The translations under genes and the position numbers were made by a program. Of a stretch of DNA of 64,000 nucleotides, positions 54,526-64,000 are shown one piece after another. The stretch comes from an uncultured Muribaculaceae bacterium (GTDB lineage: Bacteria > Bacillota_I > Bacilli_A > RF39 > UBA660), in assembly GCA_964616485.1 (NCBI GenBank), contig CAZTRB010000005.1:11592-75591 (forward strand), written 5' to 3'. Each line of letters opens with the position of its first letter. Position 1 is the stretch's first letter. Below the pieces are notes generated by a model that saw only the letters and a list, made by a program, of their open reading frames with translations, did no database searches and had not been told where the DNA came from.

Positions 54526-55269
54526 TTATTGAACATTCGTCCAAACAAACTTTGTCGCTCCTCTTCTTAAATAACCGATCATTGGAAATCTACTACCTTG
54601 TCGGCTTTTTATAGTATCGACACTAGCATCTATATCGCTAGCTTTCTTCGTGACTTTAAGACTACAAGTACCTTCGGTAGTTCCGTCTTTAACGAAACCA
54701 TATATCGTATGAGTACCATCTTCTTTTAAATCATACGTTTGTTTTTGATTATAGACTACTTCTTTTGCACTAGATAATCCATAAGATAATCCGGTTACAC
54801 GAGATAAGTCATTAACGAACCTAATCTCTATCTTATCGACAAAGTTACCATCTTCATCCATTTTACCCGTGGCCATTATCGTACAGTTATAGTCTTTATT
54901 CAAGAAAAACTCGATATCATAAAACTTTTTTTGTTCATCATTTAATACTTCCGTTACTTTAGAAGCCAAAGCCTTACCTGGCGCCATATCTGCAGAATCT
55001 TTAATCGTGACTATTACTTTTACTATTTTCCCACTAACATACGGTTTAGTAACTCTTACGACAATATCTTCTTTCTCAATTTCTGTCTTAATACTATCTA
55101 ATTGTTCTTTTGATATAAGCACACTCTCGATTCCATCAAGTCGCTCACCATAAACTGGCATCCCACTACTTCCGATAAATAAATTATATATAAAGTAGCC
55201 AAAAGCAATGACTACTATGTAAACTAAAATAATAAATACTGTTAATTTATGTTTTTTTATAAAATTCAT
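54526..55269 (-). CDS. hypothetical membrane-anchored protein (247 aa)
   Basis: N-terminal TM helix (LTVFIILVYIVVIAFGYFIY). No recognised motif. Confidence 0.7.
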   Translation of the reverse strand: MNFIKKHKLTVFIILVYIVVIAFGYFIYNLFIGSSGMPVYGERLDGIESVLISKEQLDSIKTEIEKEDIVVRVTKPYVSGKIVKVIVTIKDSADMAPGKALASKVTEVLNDEQKKFYDIEFFLNKDYNCTIMATGKMDEDGNFVDKIEIRFVNDLSRVTGLSYGLSSAKEVVYNQKQTYDLKEDGTHTIYGFVKDGTTEGTCSLKVTKKASDIDASVDTIKSRQGSRFPMIGYLRRGATKFVWTNVQ

Positions 55270-55351
55270 ACTTCACACTCCAGTACACTAATTATATACC
55301 AATTTAAGTCAATAATCAAATCTAAGAAGAAAAAAAAGCAATATTTTTTTA

Positions 55352-56767
55352 CTACTTTTCTAACTCTTCTTTTATTTTTGCCATCAACGTCGCTGGGTTA
55401 ACATTTCCCTTTGTTTCTTTCATGATTTGACCCATTATATATTTAAGCGCTCTCTCATTACCACTCTTGTAATCGATGACACTTTGTTCATTGGCCAACA
55501 ACACTTCTTTAATCATATTATCGACGACATCATTGTCTATTTCTCTTACACCGTGATCATCTAATATTTTATCAACAGAATCTGTTGATAAAAGTAATTC
55601 GTCCAATATATCTTTAAATAATTTACTATTTATCTTACCACTATCTAAGTAATCGACCGTTTGTTTAAATTTTTCTCTCGTTAAATTTGTCTTTTCGATA
55701 GTCATATCGTTTTTATTTAAAAATGCTGCAATATCTCCTAAAAGAAGATTACTAGCAATGACAAGATTGATGTCTTCGTCTAAAAACTGATTTAAATAGT
55801 CAGAGACAACTCTATTTTGAAGAATCTTGGCACTATTAATTTCACTTATTCCAAAAGCCAAATATTTTTCTCTTCTCTCTTCTAATGACATAGGCATCTC
55901 TTTTTTCGTCTTAGCAATATATTCATCAGTTAAGATGACGAAAGGAATATCCGGTTCTGGGAAATAACGATAATCATTACCCGTCTCTTTTTTACGCATA
56001 AGTATCGTCGTATCAGTCTTATCATCGTATCTTCTCGTCTCTTCTGTTAAGACTTCACCTTTTTCTAATAAGGAAGACTGTCTCTTTTCTTCATACTCGA
56101 TAGCTAATCCGACATTACTAATCGAACCAATATTCTTTATCTCTATTTTAGTTCCTAACTTTTCAGTCTTACTAATCGAGACATTACAATCACATCTCAT
56201 GCTTCCTTCTTCGATTTTACAATTGGAAACATCGGCATATATTAAAAGATTTCTAAGTTTATCGACATATTTAACAGCTTCTTCTGCCGAGGAAATATCG
56301 GCTTCAGTAACTATTTCTACTAAAGGAACTCCAGATCTGTTGAAATCTAATAAAGATCTATTATCGGAATGAATACTCTTGCTAGTATCTTCTTCTATGT
56401 GAATATCATGAATCCTTATTTTCTTTAAACCGTTATCCGTGTCTATTTCGACATAACCATCTACTCCGATAGGTGTTCTGTTTTGTGTAATTTGATAACT
56501 CTTCGGATTATCGGGATAAAAGTAATTCTTTCTATCGAAATGCATTCTCTTATTTATCTTACAATTAAGTACTAAAGCCGCTCTTAAAGCGAGAGCAACG
56601 GCTTCTTTATTTACTAAAGGCAACGTTCCAGGATAACCCCAATCGATAAGAGTAGTACTAGTATTAGCCATTTTCCCATAATTGTTAGCACTAGCCGAGA
56701 ACATCTTCGTCTTTGTCTTTAATTCGACGTGTACTTCGATACCTACAGTCGTCTTATAACTACTCAT
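55352..56767 (-). CDS. gatB: Asp/Glu-tRNA(Asn/Gln) amidotransferase subunit B
   Basis: TTVGIEVHVELKT..K.FS at the N-terminus and a YqeY-like tail. ATG at 56765-56767 with AAAGGAGGTG upstream. It overlaps the gatA stop. Confidence 0.95.
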   Translation of the reverse strand: MSSYKTTVGIEVHVELKTKTKMFSASANNYGKMANTSTTLIDWGYPGTLPLVNKEAVALALRAALVLNCKINKRMHFDRKNYFYPDNPKSYQITQNRTPIGVDGYVEIDTDNGLKKIRIHDIHIEEDTSKSIHSDNRSLLDFNRSGVPLVEIVTEADISSAEEAVKYVDKLRNLLIYADVSNCKIEEGSMRCDCNVSISKTEKLGTKIEIKNIGSISNVGLAIEYEEKRQSSLLEKGEVLTEETRRYDDKTDTTILMRKKETGNDYRYFPEPDIPFVILTDEYIAKTKKEMPMSLEERREKYLAFGISEINSAKILQNRVVSDYLNQFLDEDINLVIASNLLLGDIAAFLNKNDMTIEKTNLTREKFKQTVDYLDSGKINSKLFKDILDELLLSTDSVDKILDDHGVREIDNDVVDNMIKEVLLANEQSVIDYKSGNERALKYIMGQIMKETKGNVNPATLMAKIKEELEK

Positions 56768-58214
56768 TAGAAGCACCTCCTTTAGGATTTAAATCTAACT
56801 TTAGTTCTTTCTCGATAAAAGATGCCAATTTATAAATGGTCGCTTCATCGAAATCTTTTCCTATTATTTGCATTCCAATTGGAAGATTTTCTATGAAACC
56901 AATAGGAAGATTTAATGCAGGTATTCCCGCCATGTTAGCCGGCATAACTAAAACATCATCAAGAAACGACTTATTAGGGTCTTTCTGTTCAGAATCTATA
57001 TCATAAGCAGTAGTCGTCGTAGTCGGACCAATTATCAAATCATAATCTTTAAAGATATTTAAAAAATTCTTTCTAATATCATCTCTTATCTTTAAAGCTT
57101 TATCATAATATTTTCTAGCATTATCTCCACTCAATACTAAAGAACCAATCATAATTCTTCTCTTTACTTCATCTCCAAATCCTTCTCCTCTAGTCTTAGC
57201 ATAAAGCTCTTCTAAATCAGAAGGGTTATTATGAGAATAGCCGTATTTAATACCATCAAATCTGGCTAGATTACTGCTAGCTTCTCCCATAGCAATAATC
57301 TGATAAAGAGTGACGATCTCTTTTAAATGTTCAATCTCGACAAAGTCGATAAGACATCCTTTTTCTCTTAAAAGACTAACGATATCATTAAATTTATCGA
57401 GCACGTTTTTATCGACTATATCAGTAACAAAATAACTAGGAATAGCGATTTTCATTCCCTTTATATCTTCACCTATTAATCTAGTGAAATCATCTAAATT
57501 ATCTGAACTAGTCATATCGTTTTCGTCTAATCCCGCTATTACATTTAAAAAAGCCGCATTGTCATAGACATTTTTACTAAAGTGACCTATTTGATCTAAA
57601 CTAGAAGCAAATGCTACCAACCCATATCTAGATACCCTTCCATAAGTAGGTTTAATTCCGACTAAACCGCAGTAACTAGCTGGTTGTCTAATCGAACCTC
57701 CCGTGTCACTTCCTAATGAGAGTGGAACTATTCCAGCACCTACACAAGAAGCGGAACCACCACTACTACCACCAGTTATCTTCTTAATATTCCAAGGGTT
57801 TTTAGGTTCTTTAAAATAACTCGTCTTACTAGTAGAACCCATAGCAAACTCATCCATATTAGTCTTACCGATAATGATCATATTATTTTCTTTTATCTTT
57901 TTAACGACTGTCGCATCATAAATCGGTACGAAGTTTTCTAACATCTTCGAAGCACAAGTAGTTCTTAGATTCTCTGTACAAATATTATCTTTTATAGCGA
58001 TAGGTATACCGAAAAAAAGTGTGTCTACTTCTTTATTTTCTAGTTCAATAGCACGTTTTAAAGCCTCTTCCTTATTTAAAGTTATAAAACTATTCAAGAT
58101 AGCATTATCTTCAATGTTTTTAAAAGCTTCTTCGACTAAGTCTTTAGGAGTAATGATTTTTTCTCTTAACAATTTATTTATCTCTCTTATTTCAAGATTT
58201 AAATACTTACTCAC
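56760..58214 (-). CDS. gatA: Asp/Glu-tRNA(Asn/Gln) amidotransferase subunit A
   Basis: Amidase signature GGSSGGSASCVGAG...GSDTGGSIRQPASYCG. Confidence 0.95.
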   Translation of the reverse strand: MSKYLNLEIREINKLLREKIITPKDLVEEAFKNIEDNAILNSFITLNKEEALKRAIELENKEVDTLFFGIPIAIKDNICTENLRTTCASKMLENFVPIYDATVVKKIKENNMIIIGKTNMDEFAMGSTSKTSYFKEPKNPWNIKKITGGSSGGSASCVGAGIVPLSLGSDTGGSIRQPASYCGLVGIKPTYGRVSRYGLVAFASSLDQIGHFSKNVYDNAAFLNVIAGLDENDMTSSDNLDDFTRLIGEDIKGMKIAIPSYFVTDIVDKNVLDKFNDIVSLLREKGCLIDFVEIEHLKEIVTLYQIIAMGEASSNLARFDGIKYGYSHNNPSDLEELYAKTRGEGFGDEVKRRIMIGSLVLSGDNARKYYDKALKIRDDIRKNFLNIFKDYDLIIGPTTTTTAYDIDSEQKDPNKSFLDDVLVMPANMAGIPALNLPIGFIENLPIGMQIIGKDFDEATIYKLASFIEKELKLDLNPKGGASNE

Positions 58215-58509
58215 TTAACATCACCGGAACTTCCACAAAGTTACCACTAGCTCTAGGTACACTAATAATTACCTTTTTATAATCCAGCATATCTTTTACT
58301 TCATCTTCTCTCAAAGTAGAATCTTTAGAAAAAGGGCTAATCAATATATCTTCATCAGTCGCTTTAATATCTTCTATTTTAGAGACACTATCCATTATCA
58401 TCTTTAACTGAACTCTAAATTTTTCTATCTCTTCTTCAGTTAAATATATTTTAGCTAAGTTAGCTACTCTTAAAACTTCTTCTCTCGATAATTTTTCCAA
58501 AAAAATCAC
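58207..58509 (-). CDS. gatC: Asp/Glu-tRNA(Asn/Gln) amidotransferase subunit C
   Basis: 100 aa. VANLAKIYLTEEEIEKF pattern. It overlaps the gatA start in the gatCAB order. Confidence 0.88.
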   Translation of the reverse strand: MIFLEKLSREEVLRVANLAKIYLTEEEIEKFRVQLKMIMDSVSKIEDIKATDEDILISPFSKDSTLREDEVKDMLDYKKVIISVPRASGNFVEVPVMLSE

Positions 58510-58584
58510 TCGCTTTCATTTAAATAATATATCATAAAATCTAACAAATAAAAAGAGAGTAGTCTCTCTTTCGAATAGTTATTA

Positions 58585-59001
58585 CTAATTATTAGCATCA
58601 GAATATAAATTTATAAACCTATTAACATTTTCCCTATGCTTTTTAATAGCCATGTTCCTTTTCGTTACTTTAAAAGCTATCTTCTCAGATGTTTTTAAAG
58701 TAATCATAATTTTCTTATACCAAAAAAGACCTCCACTTTTAAAAGTAACGCTTTCTATATTATCATCGCTTATAAATTGAATCTTATCTGGTTCTGGCCT
58801 ACCACTAAATTGATTAAGAGGTATTATACCAATCCCTTTTTCCATTTTATTAATTAACATAGATTTTAACTTAGCGTTTGCAAAAACACCTAAAAGCAGG
58901 TGCTGAGTAGCAGTCGGCAAAATCATTCCTAAAAAGTAAATATTATCATTACCCCAAAAATTAGCATCTCTAAAAGCCTTTTCTATTTTTCCATCGTTCA
59001 T
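58585..59001 (-). CDS. hypothetical protein (138 aa), possibly a bacterial PH-domain-like fold
   Basis: ORF with a plausible RBS. The weak resemblance to YokE-like PH-domain proteins is from memory and not verified. Confidence 0.55.
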   Translation of the reverse strand: MNDGKIEKAFRDANFWGNDNIYFLGMILPTATQHLLLGVFANAKLKSMLINKMEKGIGIIPLNQFSGRPEPDKIQFISDDNIESVTFKSGGLFWYKKIMITLKTSEKIAFKVTKRNMAIKKHRENVNRFINLYSDANN

Positions 59002-59145
59002 ATATAACCTCTTTCTCTTTTAATTAATAATAGCACATGTTTAGTTTATTTAAATAGTAATTAACATTTTTTACATCTTTTAAATAACATATATGTTGTT
59101 AAAATATCGATATTGTTGTATATTTAATCTATACTAGGAGGTATT

Positions 59146-60228
59146 ATGAATAGAAAAATAAAAGTAGTCCAATATGGTGTTGGTAAAATGTCGCAATATA
59201 CGATGCGTTATGCTATCGAAAAAGGTTGTGAAATAGTCGGAGCAGTCGATTTAAATCCAGAAATTGTTGGAAAAGATATTTCTGTTATTTTAGGTGGTAA
59301 CGCTACTGGAGTATTAGTATCTTCGATTGCAGATGCAGAGAAAATGCTTTTAGAAACGAGACCCGATGTTTGCTTAGTAACTACTATGAGTCTACTAAAT
59401 GATGTCTATTCTGCTCTTGAATTATGTGCTAAGTTAGGAATAAACGCTATTACTATTTGTGAAGAGACTTTCTTCTCGCTTAACTCTAATCCTATTTCTA
59501 CTAAAGCGATAAATGCTATTGCTACAGAAACGGGAGCAACGATATTAGGTACCGGTTACCAAGACGTTTATTGGGCTTATCTAGTATCTACCATTGCTGG
59601 TTCTACTCAAAGAATATCTAAAATCAAAGGGTCTTCTTCATATAATGTAGAAGAGTATGGAATAGCTTTAGCTAAGGCTCATGGAGCTGGATTAACGATA
59701 GATGAGTTTAATAAGACGATAGCGGCAGCCGATGATATAAGTGAAGAAGAGAGACAACAATTAATCGATAAATGTGAATTTCTTCCATCTTATATGTGGA
59801 ATGTAAATGGTTGGTTAGCTTCTAAATTAGGACTTAAAGTAATCTCACAAACACAAAAATGTGTTCCACAGATTGCAGAAGAAGACATAGAATCTAGTAC
59901 TTTAGGTTTAACTATTTCTAAAGGAAATGCTACTGGTATGAGTGCCGTCGTTATAACAGAGACGGAAGAAGGAATAACGATCGAATCAGAATGTATCGGT
60001 AAAGTTTATGGAGACGAAGATTTCGATAAAAATGAATGGACTGTCTACGGTGAACCAGACACGACTTTTGTCGTAAATAGACCATCTACTGTAGAGTTAA
60101 CTTGTGCTACGATGATTAACAGAATACCAGACGTAATAGATGCTCCCGGAGGATTTATAACTTCTGATAAACTAAGAGAGCCAACATATAAGTCAAAAGC
60201 TTTAAATGAATATGTTGAAAACTATTAA
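59146..60228 (+). CDS. NAD(P)-binding DapB-N/Ord-like oxidoreductase (amine dehydrogenase family candidate)
   Basis: N-terminal Rossmann motif KVVQYGVGKMSQYTMRYAIEKGCEIVGAVD. The ~360-aa size and layout resemble the 2,4-diaminopentanoate dehydrogenase / DapB-like family. RBS AGGAGG. Confidence 0.6.
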   Translation: MNRKIKVVQYGVGKMSQYTMRYAIEKGCEIVGAVDLNPEIVGKDISVILGGNATGVLVSSIADAEKMLLETRPDVCLVTTMSLLNDVYSALELCAKLGINAITICEETFFSLNSNPISTKAINAIATETGATILGTGYQDVYWAYLVSTIAGSTQRISKIKGSSSYNVEEYGIALAKAHGAGLTIDEFNKTIAAADDISEEERQQLIDKCEFLPSYMWNVNGWLASKLGLKVISQTQKCVPQIAEEDIESSTLGLTISKGNATGMSAVVITETEEGITIESECIGKVYGDEDFDKNEWTVYGEPDTTFVVNRPSTVELTCATMINRIPDVIDAPGGFITSDKLREPTYKSKALNEYVENY

Positions 60229-60233
60229 GTATT

Positions 60234-60261
60234 AAAAAAACACACATAAGTGTGTTTTTAA
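60234..60261. terminator. bidirectional terminator between the convergent oxidoreductase gene and fhs
   Basis: AAAAACACAC-ATAA-GTGTGTTTTT, a perfect 10-bp stem flanked by A and T runs. It overlaps the fhs stop. Confidence 0.7.
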
Positions 60262-61877
60262 ATGCCTATAATTTCTCCTGAGTTATCTAAATAAATTTTC
60301 TCGTAATTAGGCGTTTTAGATAGGCCGGGCATGGTTAAGATTTCACCTAAGAAAACCGTTATAAAACCCGCACCAGTACGTAGTTCTATATCTCTTACTA
60401 AGACATCAAAGTCTTTAGGATAACCCAACTTTTTAGGATCATCACTTATAGAATATTGAGTCTTAGCAATACATATAGGTAATTCGTCTTCTTTGATATT
60501 ATTAATGTATTCGATTTTCCTTAAAGCTTTCTCACTATATGAAATAGAACTCGCTCTATAAATTTCTTTACATACTTTTTCTATCTTAGTAGTTATAGAT
60601 TCTGAAAAATCATATAGGGGTTTAAAATCATTTTCTAAATCACTTATCTCAACTATTTTATTAGCAAGAGCAACGGTCGATAATCCTCCCTTTAAATAAG
60701 CTTCACTGGTAGCAAATTTGACTAATTTATCGTTACAATAATTTTTTACTACACCTATCTCTTCATCGGTATCATCTGAGAATTCGTTTAGACAAACGAT
60801 AACATTAGAAGTAAATTTTTTCATATTTTCGATATGGACTCCTAGATTAGGTAACCCAGCTATTAACGATTCTCTCTCGTCTTCTAAGTTACCATTGTGT
60901 TTTAAAGCTCTAATGGTAGCGACGATAACGATACAATCTGGTTTTAAGTTAGCTTTTTGGCACTTGATATTTAAAAACTTTTCTGCACCGAGGTCAGCTC
61001 CAAATCCCGCTTCCGTTATAACATAATCAGCGAGTTGTAACGCTAAATTAGTAGACACTATCGAACTACAACCATGAGATACGTTAGCAAAAGGGCCACC
61101 ATGAACTAAGACAGGATTATTTTCTAATGTCTGTACTAAATTAGGATTAAAAGCATCTTTTAAAAGAGCCATTAGGGAACCACTAATATTTAAATCTCTT
61201 ACATATAAAGGATTACCATTTAAATCTTTAGCAATAAAAATGTTTTCTAAATTAGTCTTTAAATCATCGTAGTCGGTAGACAAACAAAAGATACTCATGA
61301 CTTCACTCGCTGCCGTAATATCGAAAGAAGTCTCATATGAAACTTTACTATTTATCGTCAAATCTCTTAAAGACCTATCATTTACATCGAGACATCTTTT
61401 AAATACTATCTCGTTTGGATCTATATTTAATTTATTACCATGAAATACGATATTATCGATAGCGGCAGAAATAAGGTTGTTAGCACTAGTTATAGCATGA
61501 AAATCTCCGGTAAAGTGAAGATTAATATCTTCTCTAGGAATCAATTGACTATAACCGTCTCCTGTCGCTCCGCCTTTAATACCAAAGATAGGTCCTAAAG
61601 ACGGTTCTCGAAGAGCGCCGATTGCATCTTTACCTAGGTGTTTAAAAGCATCGACTAAACCTATAGCAACGGTAGTCTTTCCTTCTCCATAAGGAGTAGG
61701 ATTTATTCCCGTTACTAAGATAAGTTTACCTTTTTTTCTCTTCATGACATCATTAAAATAAATCTTTGCTTTATCTTTACCATAATAACTTAATAAGTTA
61801 TCATCTAAATCTAACTTTTCAGCTATTTCTCTAATCTCTTTTTTAACCACTCTTTTAGCAATCTCTTCACTATTCAT
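60258..61877 (-). CDS. fhs: formate--tetrahydrofolate ligase
   Basis: TPYGEGKTT P-loop and FHGNKLNIDP and VHGGPFANV.HGC motifs. Confidence 0.95.
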   Translation of the reverse strand: MNSEEIAKRVVKKEIREIAEKLDLDDNLLSYYGKDKAKIYFNDVMKRKKGKLILVTGINPTPYGEGKTTVAIGLVDAFKHLGKDAIGALREPSLGPIFGIKGGATGDGYSQLIPREDINLHFTGDFHAITSANNLISAAIDNIVFHGNKLNIDPNEIVFKRCLDVNDRSLRDLTINSKVSYETSFDITAASEVMSIFCLSTDYDDLKTNLENIFIAKDLNGNPLYVRDLNISGSLMALLKDAFNPNLVQTLENNPVLVHGGPFANVSHGCSSIVSTNLALQLADYVITEAGFGADLGAEKFLNIKCQKANLKPDCIVIVATIRALKHNGNLEDERESLIAGLPNLGVHIENMKKFTSNVIVCLNEFSDDTDEEIGVVKNYCNDKLVKFATSEAYLKGGLSTVALANKIVEISDLENDFKPLYDFSESITTKIEKVCKEIYRASSISYSEKALRKIEYINNIKEDELPICIAKTQYSISDDPKKLGYPKDFDVLVRDIELRTGAGFITVFLGEILTMPGLSKTPNYEKIYLDNSGEIIGI

Positions 61878-61912
61878 ATTATCACCTACCTTGATTATAC
61901 TATATTTTTAGA

Positions 61913-63751
61913 CTATTTATTTAATTTATTTATTACCGAAACAATTGCATCGACACTTAGGTTTTCACTTTCATATAACTCTTCGATACTACCTTGCTCA
62001 ATAAATTTATCTTTATATCCTAGTGAGACTATCTTTTTAGAGAAACCTATCTCATTTAAATACATTTGTACTTTAGAACCTAAACCACCATTTAACAAAT
62101 TATCTTCAATCGTAATTATGTTATACTTTTTGTCTTTTAGATACATTAACAGTTCCTTGTCCACCGGCTTTACAAAAGTAACACTTACCACCATGACATT
62201 CTTTCTACTCTTTTCTACTGCCTCTAATGCTTTTTGAGACATCTTTCCAACAGCTAAAACAGCTGTTTTTTCTCCTTCTCTAAGCACTTCCCATTTACCA
62301 AGTTCCACCTTTTTTAATTTATCCATAGCAAAATAGTCCTTTCCTCTAGGATATCTAATCGCTATCGGAAAACCTTGTTTTAGCGACCATTTTAAAATAG
62401 TCTCTAAATCAGTCGCATGCTTAGGAGCTATAATTACTAAGTTAGGTATCATCGATAAATAAGATAAATCGAATATTCCTTGATGTGTCTCACCGTCGTC
62501 TCCGACTATTCCCGCACGATCAATAGCAAATATTACCGGTAATTTTTGCATACTAACATCGTGAATAACTTGATCTATTCCTCTTTGTAAGAAAGTCGAA
62601 TAAATAGCTAATACAGGACGCATACCCTCGTTTGCTAAGCCGGCTGCTAAAGTAACTGAGTGTTCTTCGCATATACCCACGTCAAAACTTCTCTCTGGAT
62701 AATCTTTAAAAAATTTGCTTAGTCCCACTCCTTCTTTCATAGCTGCCGTTATAACGACTATCTTCGGATCTTTTTTAGCTAAATTTAATAACGCTTTACC
62801 AAATTCTTCCGAATATGTTGCACCTACTTGCTTAAGTACTCCTAGATTCTTATCAAAAGACTTTACTCCATGATATGATTCCGGATCAATCAAAGCCTTC
62901 TCATAACCTTTTCCTTTAGTAGTAACGACATGTAAAAGAACTGGTTCATCTTTATTCTTTATCCTATTCAATACTTTTATTAAGAGATTTATATCGTGGC
63001 CATCGATCGGTCCGACATATGTAAGTCCCATAGCTTCAAAGTATTTAGAAGGTACTAAGAAACCTTTAACACGATGTTTAACTGCCGATGTAACTCGAAT
63101 AAACTTATCTCCTAAATATGTTCCATCGACACTATGTTTAACTTTGTTTTTTAGATTAATATATTTTTTGTTTATACTAATTCTACTCAAATAACTAGAT
63201 AAACCACCGACGTTAGAAGATATACTCATTCCGTTATCATTTAATATTACAAGCATTTTGGTCTTTCTATAACCTAAATCATTTATAGCTTCAAGACTCA
63301 TTCCATTGCTAATAGCGGCATCTCCAACTAAAGAAATGACATTAAAATCCTCTTTCTTTAAGTCTCTTGCCCTAGCAATACCAAGAGAAGCCGAGATAGA
63401 AGTACTACTATGACCAGTTTCAAAAAAATCATATTTACTCTCGCTCCTATAAGGGAAACCCCTTAATCCTTTATACATTCTAAGTCGATCAAACTGTTCT
63501 TTTCTTCCCGTTAAAATCTTATAAACATAACTTTGATGACCAACATCAAAGATTATCTTATCCTTATCAAAATCAAAGACTGAAACAAGAGCGATAGTAA
63601 GCTCTACTACTCCTAAATTAGAAGCTAAATGACCTCCCGTCTTAGAGACTTTATCAATCAAAAACTCTCTAATTTCATTAGCTAATTTTTTCTTCTCTTT
63701 TATATTTAATTTCTTTACATCATCTATACTATTAACTTTGTCTAAAACCAC
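61913..63751 (-). CDS. dxs: 1-deoxy-D-xylulose-5-phosphate synthase
   Basis: GGHLASNLGVVELT, TPP-binding GDAAISNGMSLEA..N, and the transketolase pyrimidine and C-terminal domains. Confidence 0.95.
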   Translation of the reverse strand: MVLDKVNSIDDVKKLNIKEKKKLANEIREFLIDKVSKTGGHLASNLGVVELTIALVSVFDFDKDKIIFDVGHQSYVYKILTGRKEQFDRLRMYKGLRGFPYRSESKYDFFETGHSSTSISASLGIARARDLKKEDFNVISLVGDAAISNGMSLEAINDLGYRKTKMLVILNDNGMSISSNVGGLSSYLSRISINKKYINLKNKVKHSVDGTYLGDKFIRVTSAVKHRVKGFLVPSKYFEAMGLTYVGPIDGHDINLLIKVLNRIKNKDEPVLLHVVTTKGKGYEKALIDPESYHGVKSFDKNLGVLKQVGATYSEEFGKALLNLAKKDPKIVVITAAMKEGVGLSKFFKDYPERSFDVGICEEHSVTLAAGLANEGMRPVLAIYSTFLQRGIDQVIHDVSMQKLPVIFAIDRAGIVGDDGETHQGIFDLSYLSMIPNLVIIAPKHATDLETILKWSLKQGFPIAIRYPRGKDYFAMDKLKKVELGKWEVLREGEKTAVLAVGKMSQKALEAVEKSRKNVMVVSVTFVKPVDKELLMYLKDKKYNIITIEDNLLNGGLGSKVQMYLNEIGFSKKIVSLGYKDKFIEQGSIEELYESENLSVDAIVSVINKLNK

Positions 63752-63759
63752 TGTTTACC

Positions 63760-64000
63760 TCACTTAAATAACATATACTGAACTTTCTCTTTCAACACAT
63801 GAATATATTTCATTTCACCCTTTAACTCTCTAGTATAATACTTATTACCGCTTATATCGACACTTACAACTTGATTAGAAGACGGCAATACGTCTTTAGT
63901 AGTATATAGCCATCTATAAAACGAAGATAATTCGATATCCATATTATTTAATATATAAGTAAATAATAAATCAGGACCCAAGTACTTGATATATTCATAC
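63760..64000 (-). CDS. hypothetical protein, C-terminal part only; the frame stays open to the right edge
   Basis: The track starts this ORF at a TTG (63979-63981). The same frame has no stop up to base 64000 (...YEYIKY-L-GPDLL), so the true start is probably outside the window. Confidence 0.5.
   Translation of the reverse strand, partial: YEYIKYLGPDLLFTYILNNMDIELSSFYRWLYTTKDVLPSSNQVVSVDISGNKYYTRELKGEMKYIHVLKEKVQYMLFK

Noticed and set aside
1-64000. Mollicutes-type genetic code 4 (TGA = Trp), considered because of the very low GC content and the compact rnpB
   Set aside because: TGA works as a stop at well-defined gene junctions, for example the ATGA overlap at 42285-42288. Trp in conserved motifs is TGG (the WXG codons at 42462-42464 and 42151-42153). 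The peptidoglycan and LTA genes (ponA, ltaS, LCP, gpsB) indicate a walled Bacillota organism.

Overview
By eye this is an AT-rich (about 30% GC) Bacillota-type chromosome segment, read with the standard genetic code. TGA is used as a stop, for example at 42285-42287. Most of the window is housekeeping backbone with Bacillus-like local synteny: recG, PFOR (nifJ), rnjA, rny, recA, pgsA, a rodZ-like gene, rnpB, gpsB, recU-ponA, nth-dnaD, cca, hup, der, engB, nrnA, ackA, thiI, ltaS, gatCAB, fhs and dxs. One RNA gene can be supported: a type-B RNase P RNA at 30434-30791 on the minus strand. I found no tRNA, rRNA, CRISPR array, transposase or integrase.

Two accessory cell-surface loci stand out.

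(1) 9186-24667. This locus holds a 1683-aa protein (13846-18897) whose N-terminus is a textbook type IV prepilin signal (MRKKTVSKILEKAKKKKG|FTLIE). It is followed by many Ig-like modules, a possible lectin-like module, five tandem ~90-aa repeats and a C-terminal domain with 28 Cys in 154 aa. On one side sits a glycosylation cluster (GT4, a split Alg14/Alg13-like GT, a polytopic GT-C-like protein and a GtrB/CsbB-like GT2). On the other side, divergently transcribed, are a dockerin-bearing peptidoglycan glucosaminidase, a membrane-anchored protein with a cohesin-like domain, and an LCP ligase.

(2) 38019-43482, inserted between hup and der. This is a tightly packed seven-gene operon. It combines type VII secretion (T7SS)-style substrates (two WXG100 proteins, a Lap1-like helical protein and an LXG-like protein with a beta-rich rather than toxin-like C-terminus) with a SipW/TasA-type module (a TasA/camelysin-like exported protein, a SipW-type signal peptidase fused to a polytopic membrane domain, and a DUF5305-like protein). 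No EssC-type ATPase is present in the window.

All domain calls come from motif reading by eye. No database search was run.
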